From Dehalococcoidia bacterium (GTDB lineage Bacteria > Chloroflexota > Dehalococcoidia > Lucifugimonadales > GCA-2712585), in assembly GCA_965207845.1 (NCBI GenBank), contig CBDBNU010000003.1:314492-378491 (forward strand): a stretch of 64,000 nt of DNA. Direction: 5' to 3'. The notes beneath the pieces are model-generated. The model searched no databases, was not told the origin of the DNA, and saw nothing but the letters and a program-made list of their open reading frames with translations. Position numbers and translations under genes: made by a program. Positions 19,381 to 28,422 of this stretch are shown here, one piece after another (position 1 is the stretch's first letter; every line of letters begins with the position of its first letter).

Positions 19381-20479
19381 AGCGAACGGGGGAGAAGGCG
19401 GCGATTGCCATTTCGTCCGCATTACCGAGGGCCATTTCCGCGGTGAGTTTGCCCATGGACGGGCTGAGGATGATTCCCTTGCGTCCGGCGCCGGTGGAGA
19501 GGTAGACGCCGTTCCAGCCGGGCACGGGGCCGATGACGGGCAGGCCGTCGGGGGCCACGGGACGGAGGCAGGCGGTCTGCAACACGACTCGACCTGTCAG
19601 CGCGGGCGGGAAGAATTCACCCACCTCACGGATAATGCGCTCACGCGCTTCCATAGTAGGTTCGTTGTCGAAGCCTACTCGTTCTTCGGTGGTGCCGATC
19701 CAGGTTAGGCCGTCGGACTTGGGGCCGGCGTAGTTGCTGCCGTAGTGGACGGAGCAGGACATGGCGGGTTCGCCGACGTCCATGCGGAGGATCTGCCCCT
19801 TCAGTGGGCCGACGGGGACGGGCACGCCAAGCCACTTCTCAGCGTCGCCGGTCCACGGCCCCATGGCGAGGATGACGGCGTCGGCTTCAAGGTTGCCCTC
19901 GGCGGTCTGGACAATCGCGCCGGTGGAGCGTCGGGCCAAGCCGGTGACGGCGCAGTCGAGAAACTGTGCGCCGTTGAGCTTCGCGCCTGCGGCGAGGGCT
20001 TCAGTGTACCTGTCGGCGTCCAGCACCCAGGTGCCGCTCACGAGCATTCCCCGTTCGGCGGCGGGGGTCAGCCGAGACTCGGCATCGCGAAATTCCGCGC
20101 CCGTCAGCCAGCGGTAGGAGACGCCGTCCACATTGCCGGAGTAGGAAGCGATGTCGTTCAGTTCCTCCTCGTCCTCGTCGGACAGGGAGAGGTAGATGGA
20201 GTCCCGCGGGTGGGCGTGGTAGTCGACGCCGGTGGCTTCCGGGAGCTGGGCGGCCAGGTCGCGGTGCATGAGGAAGCCGTTGAGGGACAGCCCTTCCAGA
20301 GGGCCGGGAATGCCCTGACCGTAGAGGGGACTGAGCAGCCCCATGGCGAAGCCGGAGGCTCCGTAGGCGATACGGTTCTTCTCGATTACCGTAACCTTCG
20401 CGCCCGCTTGGGACAGGAAGTATGCGGTGGCGCAGCCGACGGCGCCTCCCCCCACGATTACGACGTCGGTGCTCTTCAT
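19358..20479 (-). CDS. FAD-dependent oxidoreductase (DAO/glycine-oxidase family)
   Basis: The ATG at 20479 is preceded by GGAGG. Dinucleotide-binding motif VVIVGGGAVGCATAYFL. Confidence 0.85.
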   Translation of the reverse strand: MKSTDVVIVGGGAVGCATAYFLSQAGAKVTVIEKNRIAYGASGFAMGLLSPLYGQGIPGPLEGLSLNGFLMHRDLAAQLPEATGVDYHAHPRDSIYLSLSDEDEEELNDIASYSGNVDGVSYRWLTGAEFRDAESRLTPAAERGMLVSGTWVLDADRYTEALAAGAKLNGAQFLDCAVTGLARRSTGAIVQTAEGNLEADAVILAMGPWTGDAEKWLGVPVPVGPLKGQILRMDVGEPAMSCSVHYGSNYAGPKSDGLTWIGTTEERVGFDNEPTMEARERIIREVGEFFPPALTGRVVLQTACLRPVAPDGLPVIGPVPGWNGVYLSTGAGRKGIILSPSMGKLTAEMALGNADEMAIAAFSPVRFSSIAPC

Positions 20480-20633
20480 CTGCAAACCTCCGGTTCTGGC
20501 GCATGTGGTCAGGATAAAATCTGGGTGGCCCAGCAGATTCCATCTTAACATCTTGGAGGGTGGCATTTACATTGTCATTGCGATTTTCGTCGCGCTCTGA
20601 TAAAAAGAGTTGACGCCAAGAGGGAGGAGTCAT

Positions 20634-21812
20634 TTGCGAGCAGCAGACAGGATGAACAACCTGGGTACGGAATCGGCATTCGAGGTGTTGGCTAAGGCCA
20701 AGGCCCTGGAGGCCAAGGGACACGACGTGGTGCACCTGGAGATAGGGGAGCCGGACTTCGACACGCCGGACCACATCGTGGACGCGGGCATTCAGGCGCT
20801 GCGGCGGGGGTACACTCACTACGGGCCTTCGGCGGGACTGCCGGAACTGCAGGAGGCCATCGCCGACAACGTGAACGCGACGCGCGGGCTGGATGTGGAA
20901 CCGGGGCAGGTGGTTGTGACGCCTGGCGGCAAGCCGATAATGTTCTTCACCATCATGGCGCTGGTGCAGCCGGGCGACGAGGTGCTGTATCCGAACCCGA
21001 GCTTCCCCATCTACGAGTCGATGATCAACTTCTGCGGGGCCGAGCCGGTGCCCGTGCGGCTGCTTCCCAACGAGGGAAACCGGCTGGACCTGGACGACCT
21101 GGAACGGAAGCTCTCCGACCGCACCAAGCTGGTGATTTTGAACTCGCCGCAGAATCCGACGGGGTCCGTTATGGGGCGGGAGGACGTGGAGCTGCTGGGC
21201 CGGCTGCTGGGTGAGCGGGACGACGTGACGATTCTCTCCGACGAGATCTATAAGGACATAATCTACAAGGGCGCGCACCACAGCATTGCGTCGCTGCCGG
21301 GGATGGGAGAGAGGACGGTCATCCTGGACGGCTTTTCAAAGTCCTACGCGATGACGGGCTGGCGGCTGGGGTACGGGGTGTTCCCCCACTGGCTGACGGA
21401 GCACGTGGTGAAGCTGGCGGCGAATAGCGTTTCCTGCGCCGCGAGCTTCACGCAAATGGCGGCGATACGCGCGCTGGAGGGACCGCAGGAGCCGGTGATG
21501 AATATGGTGGATGAATTTCGGAAGAGGCGCGATTTGATCGTCGAGGGGCTGAACAGCATCCCCGGCATCGAGTGTCCGGTGCCGGACGGGGCCTTCTACG
21601 TGTTCCCCAGCATTGCGGGGACGGGTTTCGAAAGCGGCGATTTTCAGGAGCGGGTGCTGAACGAGGCGGGGGTGGCGCTGCTGAATGGCGGCGCGTTCGG
21701 CGGGTACGGGGAGGGGTTTGTGCGCCTGTCCTACGCCAACTCTGCGGAGAACATCGCGAAGGCGTTGGAGCGGCTGGCGGGCTTTGTGAGGGAGAACGGC
21801 CGCAGGGGTTAG
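20634..21812 (+). CDS. class I/II pyridoxal-phosphate aminotransferase (aspartate aminotransferase-like)
   Basis: The motif SKSYAMTGWRLGY contains the PLP lysine. Start is uncertain: TTG 20634 after GGAGGAG, ATG 20652, or track start 20610. Confidence 0.9.
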   Translation: MRAADRMNNLGTESAFEVLAKAKALEAKGHDVVHLEIGEPDFDTPDHIVDAGIQALRRGYTHYGPSAGLPELQEAIADNVNATRGLDVEPGQVVVTPGGKPIMFFTIMALVQPGDEVLYPNPSFPIYESMINFCGAEPVPVRLLPNEGNRLDLDDLERKLSDRTKLVILNSPQNPTGSVMGREDVELLGRLLGERDDVTILSDEIYKDIIYKGAHHSIASLPGMGERTVILDGFSKSYAMTGWRLGYGVFPHWLTEHVVKLAANSVSCAASFTQMAAIRALEGPQEPVMNMVDEFRKRRDLIVEGLNSIPGIECPVPDGAFYVFPSIAGTGFESGDFQERVLNEAGVALLNGGAFGGYGEGFVRLSYANSAENIAKALERLAGFVRENGRRG

Positions 21813-22180
21813 GGTTTTTCGCGATTCTCGTCGGCTAAGACTTTCTCTAGCTGTGGGATGAGGGCGGGGATGTCGTTTTGGACGATATCCCAGATAATGT
21901 CGTCGTCAACGCCGGAATAGAAGTGGGTGACCCGGTTGCGAGTACCAATGATTTCGCCCCAAGCGATATGAGGATAAGACAGCCTGATGGAGTCTGGTAT
22001 TTTGGCCGCCGCCTCCCCTATCATTTCGATTGTCTTTAGGGTGGCTCTATAGACACGCAGATCGTTGACAAACTCGCTCTGGTCCAGCCCGCGGGTAAGG
22101 CACAAGACCTCTTTGGCGAACTGGAGCATGTCTCTCACATAGATTGTCCAGAGGAATCTTGTTTCGCTAGACTCAGACAT
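21809..22180 (-). CDS. hepT: HepT (DUF86/HEPN) toxin
   Basis: Intact RX4HXY motif (RNRVTHFY). Overlaps the upstream MNT-containing gene by 8 nt, as in canonical mntA-hepT operons. Confidence 0.85.
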   Translation of the reverse strand: MSESSETRFLWTIYVRDMLQFAKEVLCLTRGLDQSEFVNDLRVYRATLKTIEMIGEAAAKIPDSIRLSYPHIAWGEIIGTRNRVTHFYSGVDDDIIWDIVQNDIPALIPQLEKVLADENREKP

Positions 22181-22871
22181 TTATGACGTCTCTTTCCACG
22201 AATGGAAGAACTTCGGAACGCAGTGACTTTTGGGTGGCGAGGTCAACGGTCCGGCCCAGTTGCTCTTCCAGGTAGAAAAGTGTGCCGAAGTAGCCTTTCG
22301 ACGTGGCCGGACCGTTGAACTTCACCATTACGTCCACGTCGCTGTCTTCGGCGGCCTGATCGCGGGCGAAGGAGCCGAAGAGGGCGAGTTCGGTTACGCC
22401 GAAACGTTCTTCCAAGATAGGTTTGTGCTCTCTTAGGGTGTTGAGAATTTGTTGTCGGCTTATTGACGCCTTTCCGCCGGACGGACTACGTTGAGGTATC
22501 AGTAGTTGAAGTTCCTCGGAGTTTGCCAAGAGCTCATGGAGTTGAGGGGGGAGGGTTGATAGGTCGGTCTGAATGATCTCCCAGATTCCCTTATCGTTCG
22601 CCCTGGAAAGGGGGTAGACGCTCCGGTCTTGCGTTTCTATGAACTTGCTCCATTGGATGTGCGGATAGGCTTCCCTAATGGGAACGGGAACCTGGGAAGC
22701 GGCACCGCCGATGCGTTCGATGTTCCATAACGTGGCGTGATAGATTCTACCGTCGTCCAGAAACGACTTCTGGTCCAAGCCATGTGTGTATGTCAAGGCA
22801 GTTTGCGCGTACCGGATCATATCCTGCACATAGATGGTCCAGAGGCGGGCTTGAGTTGGGGAGTCTGACAT
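22173..22871 (-). CDS. fusion protein: degenerate HepT-like (DUF86) domain plus MNT nucleotidyltransferase antitoxin domain
   Basis: The N-terminal ~125 aa align with HepT 21809-22180, but the RX4HXY positions read QDRSVYPL. The C-terminal ~100 aa carry the MNT motif GSFARDQAAEDSDVDVMV. No stop or usable start separates the two halves. Confidence 0.8.
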   Translation of the reverse strand: MSDSPTQARLWTIYVQDMIRYAQTALTYTHGLDQKSFLDDGRIYHATLWNIERIGGAASQVPVPIREAYPHIQWSKFIETQDRSVYPLSRANDKGIWEIIQTDLSTLPPQLHELLANSEELQLLIPQRSPSGGKASISRQQILNTLREHKPILEERFGVTELALFGSFARDQAAEDSDVDVMVKFNGPATSKGYFGTLFYLEEQLGRTVDLATQKSLRSEVLPFVERDVINV

Positions 22872-22973
22872 TTATGGCCTCGGTGTCTGCAAAGGGGTGG
22901 AGCGTTGATGTAAATGCACCGCCACGCTATCTATTCTACAGGGCAACGGGTGTTGCGTCATGGGTGTGGGGGG

Positions 22974-23996
22974 TCAGGCGCGTCTGATTACTTCTTCCAT
23001 CATGCGGCGGAGGCGTTTGGGGCGGTCTTCGTCGGGGACGTTGATGCTGTACTGGCGGACGCCGATGGCGGCGTTTCGTCGCAGCTTTTCGATGCACTGT
23101 TCCGCAGTGCCGCTGATGCCGCCGAATCGTACCAGCAGGTAATCCCGGACGCCGTACTCCACGGCGAGAGCGTCGTATCTCCGAAGCTGTTCCGGCGTGG
23201 GGCGTCCGTGGGTGCTGAGGTCGTAGGCTGCGGCTAGGGCGCGGATGCCCTCCCAGTATTGCTCAGGGACGAACTTGCCCTCCAGGGTGAAGCGATTGAG
23301 GTAGTTGGCCTCCCGGGCCGGGCCGCCCTGGGGGTCAATCTCCTCCTCTTCGGTGTCGCGCAGGTTGAAGGGGACGGACCACCAGACGTCGATGTCGTTG
23401 GGGTTTCTACCGGCGATGCGGGCACCCTCCGCGAGGGCCTGCAGGGACCCTTCCACCACCTCCGGGGTGGTGCCGGTGCCGATAACCACGCCGTCGGCGA
23501 GTTCCCCCGCCAGCCGCAGGGAGCCGCGGGCGTGGGCCGCCATGTAAATGGGGATTCTATTCTCCCTGGTCGGCCAGCTGAGCCTGGCGGTGCCGCCTTG
23601 GAATTCAGCTTCGCCCGAGGTCAGGAGGGCGCGGAGGGCGGTGACGTATTCGCGGAGGGAGGCGAGAGTTGAGGCGCGACGTCCGGCGTTGTAGACGCCG
23701 CTGTTGCCGGAGCCGATGCCGATGCAGACGCGTCCGGGGGCGATTTCGGCCAGGGCGGATGCCGCGCTGGCTGTTACGACGGGATGCCGCGTCACGGGGT
23801 TGGTGACCCACGAGCCGAAGGGGAGTCGACGGGTGTTGAGGGCGACGTGAGTGAGGGACACCCAGATGTCGCGGTAGAGGGCGGGGGAGTCGGCGATGCC
23901 GATGCGGTGATAGCCGAGAGCCTCGGCGGCCTGCACCCACTCGACCACTTCTGCGTGGTGCCCCGGCCTGGAGGTGGCGGCGAATTTGAGGTTCAT
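22974..23996 (-). CDS. LLM-class (luciferase-like) F420-dependent oxidoreductase
   Basis: Luciferase-like TIM-barrel pattern (GYHRIGIADSP...GIGSGNSG...). F420 biosynthesis genes are present in the window. Confidence 0.8.
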   Translation of the reverse strand: MNLKFAATSRPGHHAEVVEWVQAAEALGYHRIGIADSPALYRDIWVSLTHVALNTRRLPFGSWVTNPVTRHPVVTASAASALAEIAPGRVCIGIGSGNSGVYNAGRRASTLASLREYVTALRALLTSGEAEFQGGTARLSWPTRENRIPIYMAAHARGSLRLAGELADGVVIGTGTTPEVVEGSLQALAEGARIAGRNPNDIDVWWSVPFNLRDTEEEEIDPQGGPAREANYLNRFTLEGKFVPEQYWEGIRALAAAYDLSTHGRPTPEQLRRYDALAVEYGVRDYLLVRFGGISGTAEQCIEKLRRNAAIGVRQYSINVPDEDRPKRLRRMMEEVIRRA

Positions 23997-24110
23997 TTGT
24001 TGCTCGATACGAGGATGGTTGAGGTCGTTCTTTATTATAGGGTGGCAGTGGTTGTGGGTATAGCAAGGGGTTGGATGCGTCGCTGCCTTAGGAGTGATGC
24101 GTGGGTGAGA

Positions 24111-24239
24111 GGGGCGGTTCGCGAACCGCCCCTACGGGTATGTTCAGGGGTAGGGGCTTCTCACCCCATCCAAACCTTCCCCCGTCGGAGGGGGAAGGCT
24201 TAAGAGGGGAGGGGACTGGATTCCGGCTTTCGCCGGAAT
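24111..24239. repeat. palindromic repeat cluster downstream of the scaffold gene
   Basis: Perfect 22-nt palindrome ggggcggttcgcgaaccgcccc (24111-24132), hairpin ccttccccc-gtcgga-gggggaagg (about 24176-24198), and hairpin attccggc-tttc-gccggaat (24220-24239). Confidence 0.75.
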
Positions 24240-24259
24240 GACGGATTTGCAGAGTTCTG

Positions 24260-24778
24260 CTAGGTGGAGAGGGCGGAGCGGATTTTTTCCATGGGGGTTA
24301 GGGCGGAGAAGTTGGCGGGGCCGCGGGTGGGAGAACCGGCGGGGAGTCGTTCCCTGGCCAGTTTTTCCTCGACCTCTCGGCGTACCTGGTGGACCAGGGC
24401 CCTGGCTTCGTCGAAGGAGCGGTCAATCTCCTCGACGGTCTCGCCGGCGACCATGGACTCCGGTGCTTCCGGCATGGATTCCAGCAGCATCGTCCGGTAG
24501 CGGGACACCGCCTCGGCCAGGGATTTCTGAGCCGAGGATAGTTTTTCCCCTTTCTCACGGAGCCGGACTTCGGATTGCTCAAGTTGCTCTTCCAACTCTG
24601 CTACTCGGCCTTCCAGCGGCGAGGGTTCTTCCGGGTTGTTGTTTTCATCCTCTGCAGGAGGGGTTTCTGCTTCCTCGATATCCTCGGTCGGGGGACTCGC
24701 TATTTCGTGGTTGTTCTCGGGCGATTCACTCTCTGTGGAGAGATTCTCTGCCTCGGTGTGAGAAATTTCCTTTTCCAT
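24260..24778 (-). CDS. phage scaffolding-like protein (acidic, coiled-coil)
   Basis: 172 aa with an acidic low-complexity N-terminus and a coiled-coil (RVAELEEQLEQSEVRLREKGEKL). Starts 13 nt after the portal stop. GAGGAGG RBS. Confidence 0.55.
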   Translation of the reverse strand: MEKEISHTEAENLSTESESPENNHEIASPPTEDIEEAETPPAEDENNNPEEPSPLEGRVAELEEQLEQSEVRLREKGEKLSSAQKSLAEAVSRYRTMLLESMPEAPESMVAGETVEEIDRSFDEARALVHQVRREVEEKLARERLPAGSPTRGPANFSALTPMEKIRSALST

Positions 24779-24791
24779 GATTCCTCCTCTT

Positions 24792-26117
24792 TTAGTTGTT
24801 CATGCTTTCTTCAGCAGACGGATCCGACTCGCGCCGGATGGTCTGCTGTTCCGAATCGGGGTCCGTGACGCCCAGGCGCTCCATGGCGCGGCGTCGGCTG
24901 TGGATGCCCGCCTCGACGAGGCTGCGTTCCTGCTGCACCAGCCTAGTGCGGTCCTGGGGAAGCAGCGGCCCCCAATCGACGCGGATCCAGAGGTCGCCGA
25001 AGTCGTGACCGGCGAACCGTTCCAGCATCATCAGGGCCATCTCGGCCCGACGGCGGTAGACCCAGGAGCGGATCAGCCGCTTGCGCTGAACACGTTGCAG
25101 CAGGGGGTGCATCTCCATCTCAAGGGCAACTCCGGAGAGACGCTGGGGGTTGTGTCCGAAGCTGATGCGGGGCGCTTCCGAAAGGTCGTGAAGGGCATCG
25201 TAGACCAGCTGTATATAGTCGGCGTGGAGCTTGGCGCCGCCGCCCTGGAGCAGGTCCAGCAGGTAGGCGCGGGCCTGGTCGGGAAGCTCCCAGACGGCCC
25301 CCGGCTCCACGGCGATGTCGCGGGCCTCTTCCACGCCCTCCAGCACGGCGATGGGGTTGCCGGAAAGTTCCAGTATGGTGGAAAGCTGGGACAGGGCGCG
25401 GTTCAGTTCCCGCGCCGGTTCCATGAGGATGGGAACGTCGGAGACGCCCCAGAAACGCTTGGGGTCCCGAAGGTTGGGGAATATGACGAAGGGGATGAAG
25501 CCGTAGGGGTTGGGGCGTTCATCGACGAGGGCGTCGCCGACCCATAGCTGAAATTCCGACCTGGTCCAGCCCTCGACCACGGTGGCCATGCCGTCTTGGT
25601 CGCCCGTCTTGACGTTGTAGAGGTTGTCGGCGTCCTCGGCTGAGATGCGGTAGCGGCTGGCGACGCGCCAGACCCGGGATGGATCGTCGCCGATCCACCA
25701 GGCGAAGATGCCCTGAACGTCGGGGGCGGTCACGCGGACGCGGCGCTCTTCCGGGTCCCAGATAACCTTGAAGCAGCCGTCGCCGAGCACGGCGGCGTCG
25801 AGCTCCGTGGCCAGGTCAAGCTCCTCCAGGCGGTTGTCCTGGTAGACGCGGCGCACGGCGATTTCGGCCTGGCGGGCGCGGGCCATGCCTTCGTCGGTGG
25901 CGTCCACCGGCTCCATGGCGAGAATGCCGCCGGAGGCCATGTAGGACGTGACCTTCTCCAGCAGCGCCCGCACGTAGTTGAAGGTGAGCCGCCGTTCGCC
26001 GCGACGCTGGCGGCCCTGCCACTGGCGTCCGGCGAAGAAGCTCATGTTCTCAGCGTAGGCTTGCAGCCGCCGGGAATCTCTTCGCGCCACCAGCTGGGGC
26101 AGATTTACTTCTTCCAT
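24792..26117 (-). CDS. phage portal protein (SPP1 gp6-like family)
   Basis: 441 aa. N-terminal FFAGRQW motif, with overall length and pattern typical of portals. GAGGAGG RBS 6-7 nt upstream of the ATG at 26117. Confidence 0.85.
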   Translation of the reverse strand: MEEVNLPQLVARRDSRRLQAYAENMSFFAGRQWQGRQRRGERRLTFNYVRALLEKVTSYMASGGILAMEPVDATDEGMARARQAEIAVRRVYQDNRLEELDLATELDAAVLGDGCFKVIWDPEERRVRVTAPDVQGIFAWWIGDDPSRVWRVASRYRISAEDADNLYNVKTGDQDGMATVVEGWTRSEFQLWVGDALVDERPNPYGFIPFVIFPNLRDPKRFWGVSDVPILMEPARELNRALSQLSTILELSGNPIAVLEGVEEARDIAVEPGAVWELPDQARAYLLDLLQGGGAKLHADYIQLVYDALHDLSEAPRISFGHNPQRLSGVALEMEMHPLLQRVQRKRLIRSWVYRRRAEMALMMLERFAGHDFGDLWIRVDWGPLLPQDRTRLVQQERSLVEAGIHSRRRAMERLGVTDPDSEQQTIRRESDPSAEESMNN

Positions 26118-26394
26118 AACCGTTCCTCCTCAAAATTCGATAGATAGTCCTGTGGCTGAGTCCGAACCGGCGGGCCACCTCCGCCACCGTCAGGTTCTCG
26201 CGCAGATGGGCCTGAATGATCAGTCCGTCCCGCTGACGCCGGCGTTGAGCCTGGGCGAAGCGGGGTTCGTCGTACTTGCACTGTGGGATAGGGCATTGCA
26301 GGCAGGACGGGGAGATTTCGCATCCCTCGTCCCGGTATTCCTGGCCGTCTATGGTTGCGACGTTGGGACTGGAATTGGTCCGACTTGCGAGCAT
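26050..26394 (-). CDS. Cys-rich helix-turn-helix DNA-binding protein (phage regulator or small-terminase-like)
   Basis: The ATG at 26394 follows AAGGAGG. Four-Cys cluster C-x5-C-x2-C-x4-C, then the HTH LTVAEVARRFGLSHRTIYRILRR. The 3' end overlaps the portal start by 68 nt. Confidence 0.6.
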   Translation of the reverse strand: MLASRTNSSPNVATIDGQEYRDEGCEISPSCLQCPIPQCKYDEPRFAQAQRRRQRDGLIIQAHLRENLTVAEVARRFGLSHRTIYRILRRNGYGRSKSAPAGGAKRFPAAASLR

Positions 26395-26609
26395 CTTGTG
26401 TGGCGCCCTCCTTGATAGGCGAATGTATTTTCGAATGATGGGCGGTACTATACAGCGGACGTTTGTTTCATTACAAGCGCTTCTTGTCACTTTGGAGAAT
26501 TTACGTGAGGCGGTTTGGGGAGGGGCGGAAGGTTTGGCAAGGGTCTACAGCGTGCCACTGGCAAGACACATTCGGCTGCGGCATAATAGGCGATGGAGGT
26601 TGTGCAGCA

Positions 26610-27389
26610 ATGAGCGCGAAAGCAGTCACATACCGAAGAGAAGGACGCATCGGATACGTAACCCTGAATCGCCCCCGGGTGTTGAACGCCGTCAACAAGA
26701 CGTTGGAGCGAGACCTGGCCGAGGCGCTGCACATCTTCGATATGGACGACGAAGCATGGGTGGGGGTGATGCACGGCGCGGGGAGGGCCTTCTGCTCCGG
26801 CGCGGACGTGAAGGAACGGTTCCACTCCCCCGACGCCCGGCAGCGGGACGCGGACTGGGGTATGGGGATGAACCCGGAGGGGTTTCTGGGTCGCTGCATC
26901 AACTGGAAGCCAGTCATCGCGGCCGTCCACGGCTACTGCCTGGGCTACGGCCTCGTCATCGCCGTCGAGTGCGACCTTATCGTTGCCGAGGAGGGGGCCG
27001 AGTTCGGCCTCACCGAGACCCTTCGAGGATTTCCCGGAGGTCCTGCGTGGGCGAAGGTGCAGAATTTCATGCCCTCGAAGATGACCACGGAGATGCTGCT
27101 GACAGGGCAGTCTCAGACCGCCGAGACACTTCTCAGCCACGGCCTGATCAACCGGGTCACGCCCAAGGGGGAGCACGTTGCGGGGGCGCTGGCGCTGGCG
27201 GAACAGATGCTGAAGGCCCCGCCTTTGGCCGTCCGCGCAGGGGTGCGGGTGACTCGCTGGCCCTGGGTAAGCGCCGCCGCCGAGGCGGACTACTACCAGG
27301 CGGCGCTGCGGCTCCACAACTCCGCCGACTTCGAAGAATCGGCGCGGGCCTTCGTCGAAAAGCGGGACCCCGACTACACCGGCCGCTAG
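26610..27389 (+). CDS. enoyl-CoA hydratase/isomerase (crotonase) family
   Basis: The ATG at 26610 follows GGAGG. Matches include GRIGYVTLNRPRVLNAVN and the oxyanion motif GAGRAFCSGADV. Confidence 0.9.
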   Translation: MSAKAVTYRREGRIGYVTLNRPRVLNAVNKTLERDLAEALHIFDMDDEAWVGVMHGAGRAFCSGADVKERFHSPDARQRDADWGMGMNPEGFLGRCINWKPVIAAVHGYCLGYGLVIAVECDLIVAEEGAEFGLTETLRGFPGGPAWAKVQNFMPSKMTTEMLLTGQSQTAETLLSHGLINRVTPKGEHVAGALALAEQMLKAPPLAVRAGVRVTRWPWVSAAAEADYYQAALRLHNSADFEESARAFVEKRDPDYTGR

Positions 27390-27432
27390 CGTCCCGGATC
27401 CAGGAAGACCACGGGAGAATCATCATCGGAAG

Positions 27433-28419
27433 ATGCCAGCCAATTTAACCCCCCAGTACAAGGAAGCGGAGCAGCGATACCGCCAGTCGAGGACGCTGCC
27501 GGCGAAGGTGGCCGCGCTGCAGGAGATGATGGCCGTCATCCCCAAGCACAAGGGGACGGACCATCTGCGGGCGGACCTGCGGGCCCGGATGTCGCGTCAC
27601 ATGGAGGAGCTGGAGAAGCCCAAGAGCACCAGCGGCGGGCCGCAGCCCTTCAGCATCCGCAAGGAGGGCGCGGGGCAGGTGCTGATTGTCGGCCTGCCCA
27701 ACGCCGGAAAGTCGGAGATCCTGAACGCCCTGACGCGCGCGCCCGCCAAGGTCGGCGACTACCCCTTCACGACGCAGATCCCGATGGTGGGGATGCTGCC
27801 GTACGAGAACATCAAGTTTCAGCTGGTGGACACGCCCGCCCTCAACGCATTGGACGTGCAGACGCGGCTGTTCGGCCTGCTGCGCAACACGGACCTGCTG
27901 CTGGTGACGCTTAACCTGGAGGCGGACCCCTTCGAGGAGATGCGGCAGATCAACGTGCTGCTCCACGAGTGGGGCTATTCGCTGCTGGAGTCTGGGGAGG
28001 CTATCGACCTGGAGGGTTCCAGGGTTCAGAAGCTTTCGATCATCCTGGCCAACAAGGCCGACGCTGAGGGCGCAGAGGAGAAGTTCGCCCGACTGGAGCG
28101 AGAATACGGCGGGAAATTCACCCTCATCAAGCTGTCGTGCCTGGACGGGACAGGACTGGACGACGTGGGGCGGGAGGTGTTCAGTCACCTGAAGAAGGTG
28201 CGGGTGTATACGAAAAGCCCCAGCGGCGAGCCGGACTTCGACAAGCCTATAGTAATCGCCAGGGGCAGCACTGCCTCGGACGCGGCCCAGCGGCTGCACA
28301 AGGAGTGGCGGGAGAAGCTGAAGTACGCGCTGCTATGGGGTTCGGCGAAGTTCGACGGTCAGCGGGTGGGCCGCGACTACGTCCTCGCCGACGGAGACGT
28401 GATAGAGCTTCACGGGTAG
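27433..28419 (+). CDS. Obg-family GTPase of the DRG type with C-terminal TGS domain
   Basis: G1 GLPNAGKSEIL, G2 YPFTT, G3 DTPAL. DRG-like N-terminal helical region (IPKHKGTDHLRADLRARM) and a TGS-like C-terminus ending GDVIELH. Confidence 0.85.
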   Translation: MPANLTPQYKEAEQRYRQSRTLPAKVAALQEMMAVIPKHKGTDHLRADLRARMSRHMEELEKPKSTSGGPQPFSIRKEGAGQVLIVGLPNAGKSEILNALTRAPAKVGDYPFTTQIPMVGMLPYENIKFQLVDTPALNALDVQTRLFGLLRNTDLLLVTLNLEADPFEEMRQINVLLHEWGYSLLESGEAIDLEGSRVQKLSIILANKADAEGAEEKFARLEREYGGKFTLIKLSCLDGTGLDDVGREVFSHLKKVRVYTKSPSGEPDFDKPIVIARGSTASDAAQRLHKEWREKLKYALLWGSAKFDGQRVGRDYVLADGDVIELHG

Positions 28420-28422
28420 GGA

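Noticed and set aside
24238-24780. 180-aa plus-strand ORF opposite the scaffold gene.
   Set aside because: It has a Pro/Arg/Gly-rich composition and begins inside a repeat element. The minus-strand frame has a strong RBS and sits in sensible phage context.
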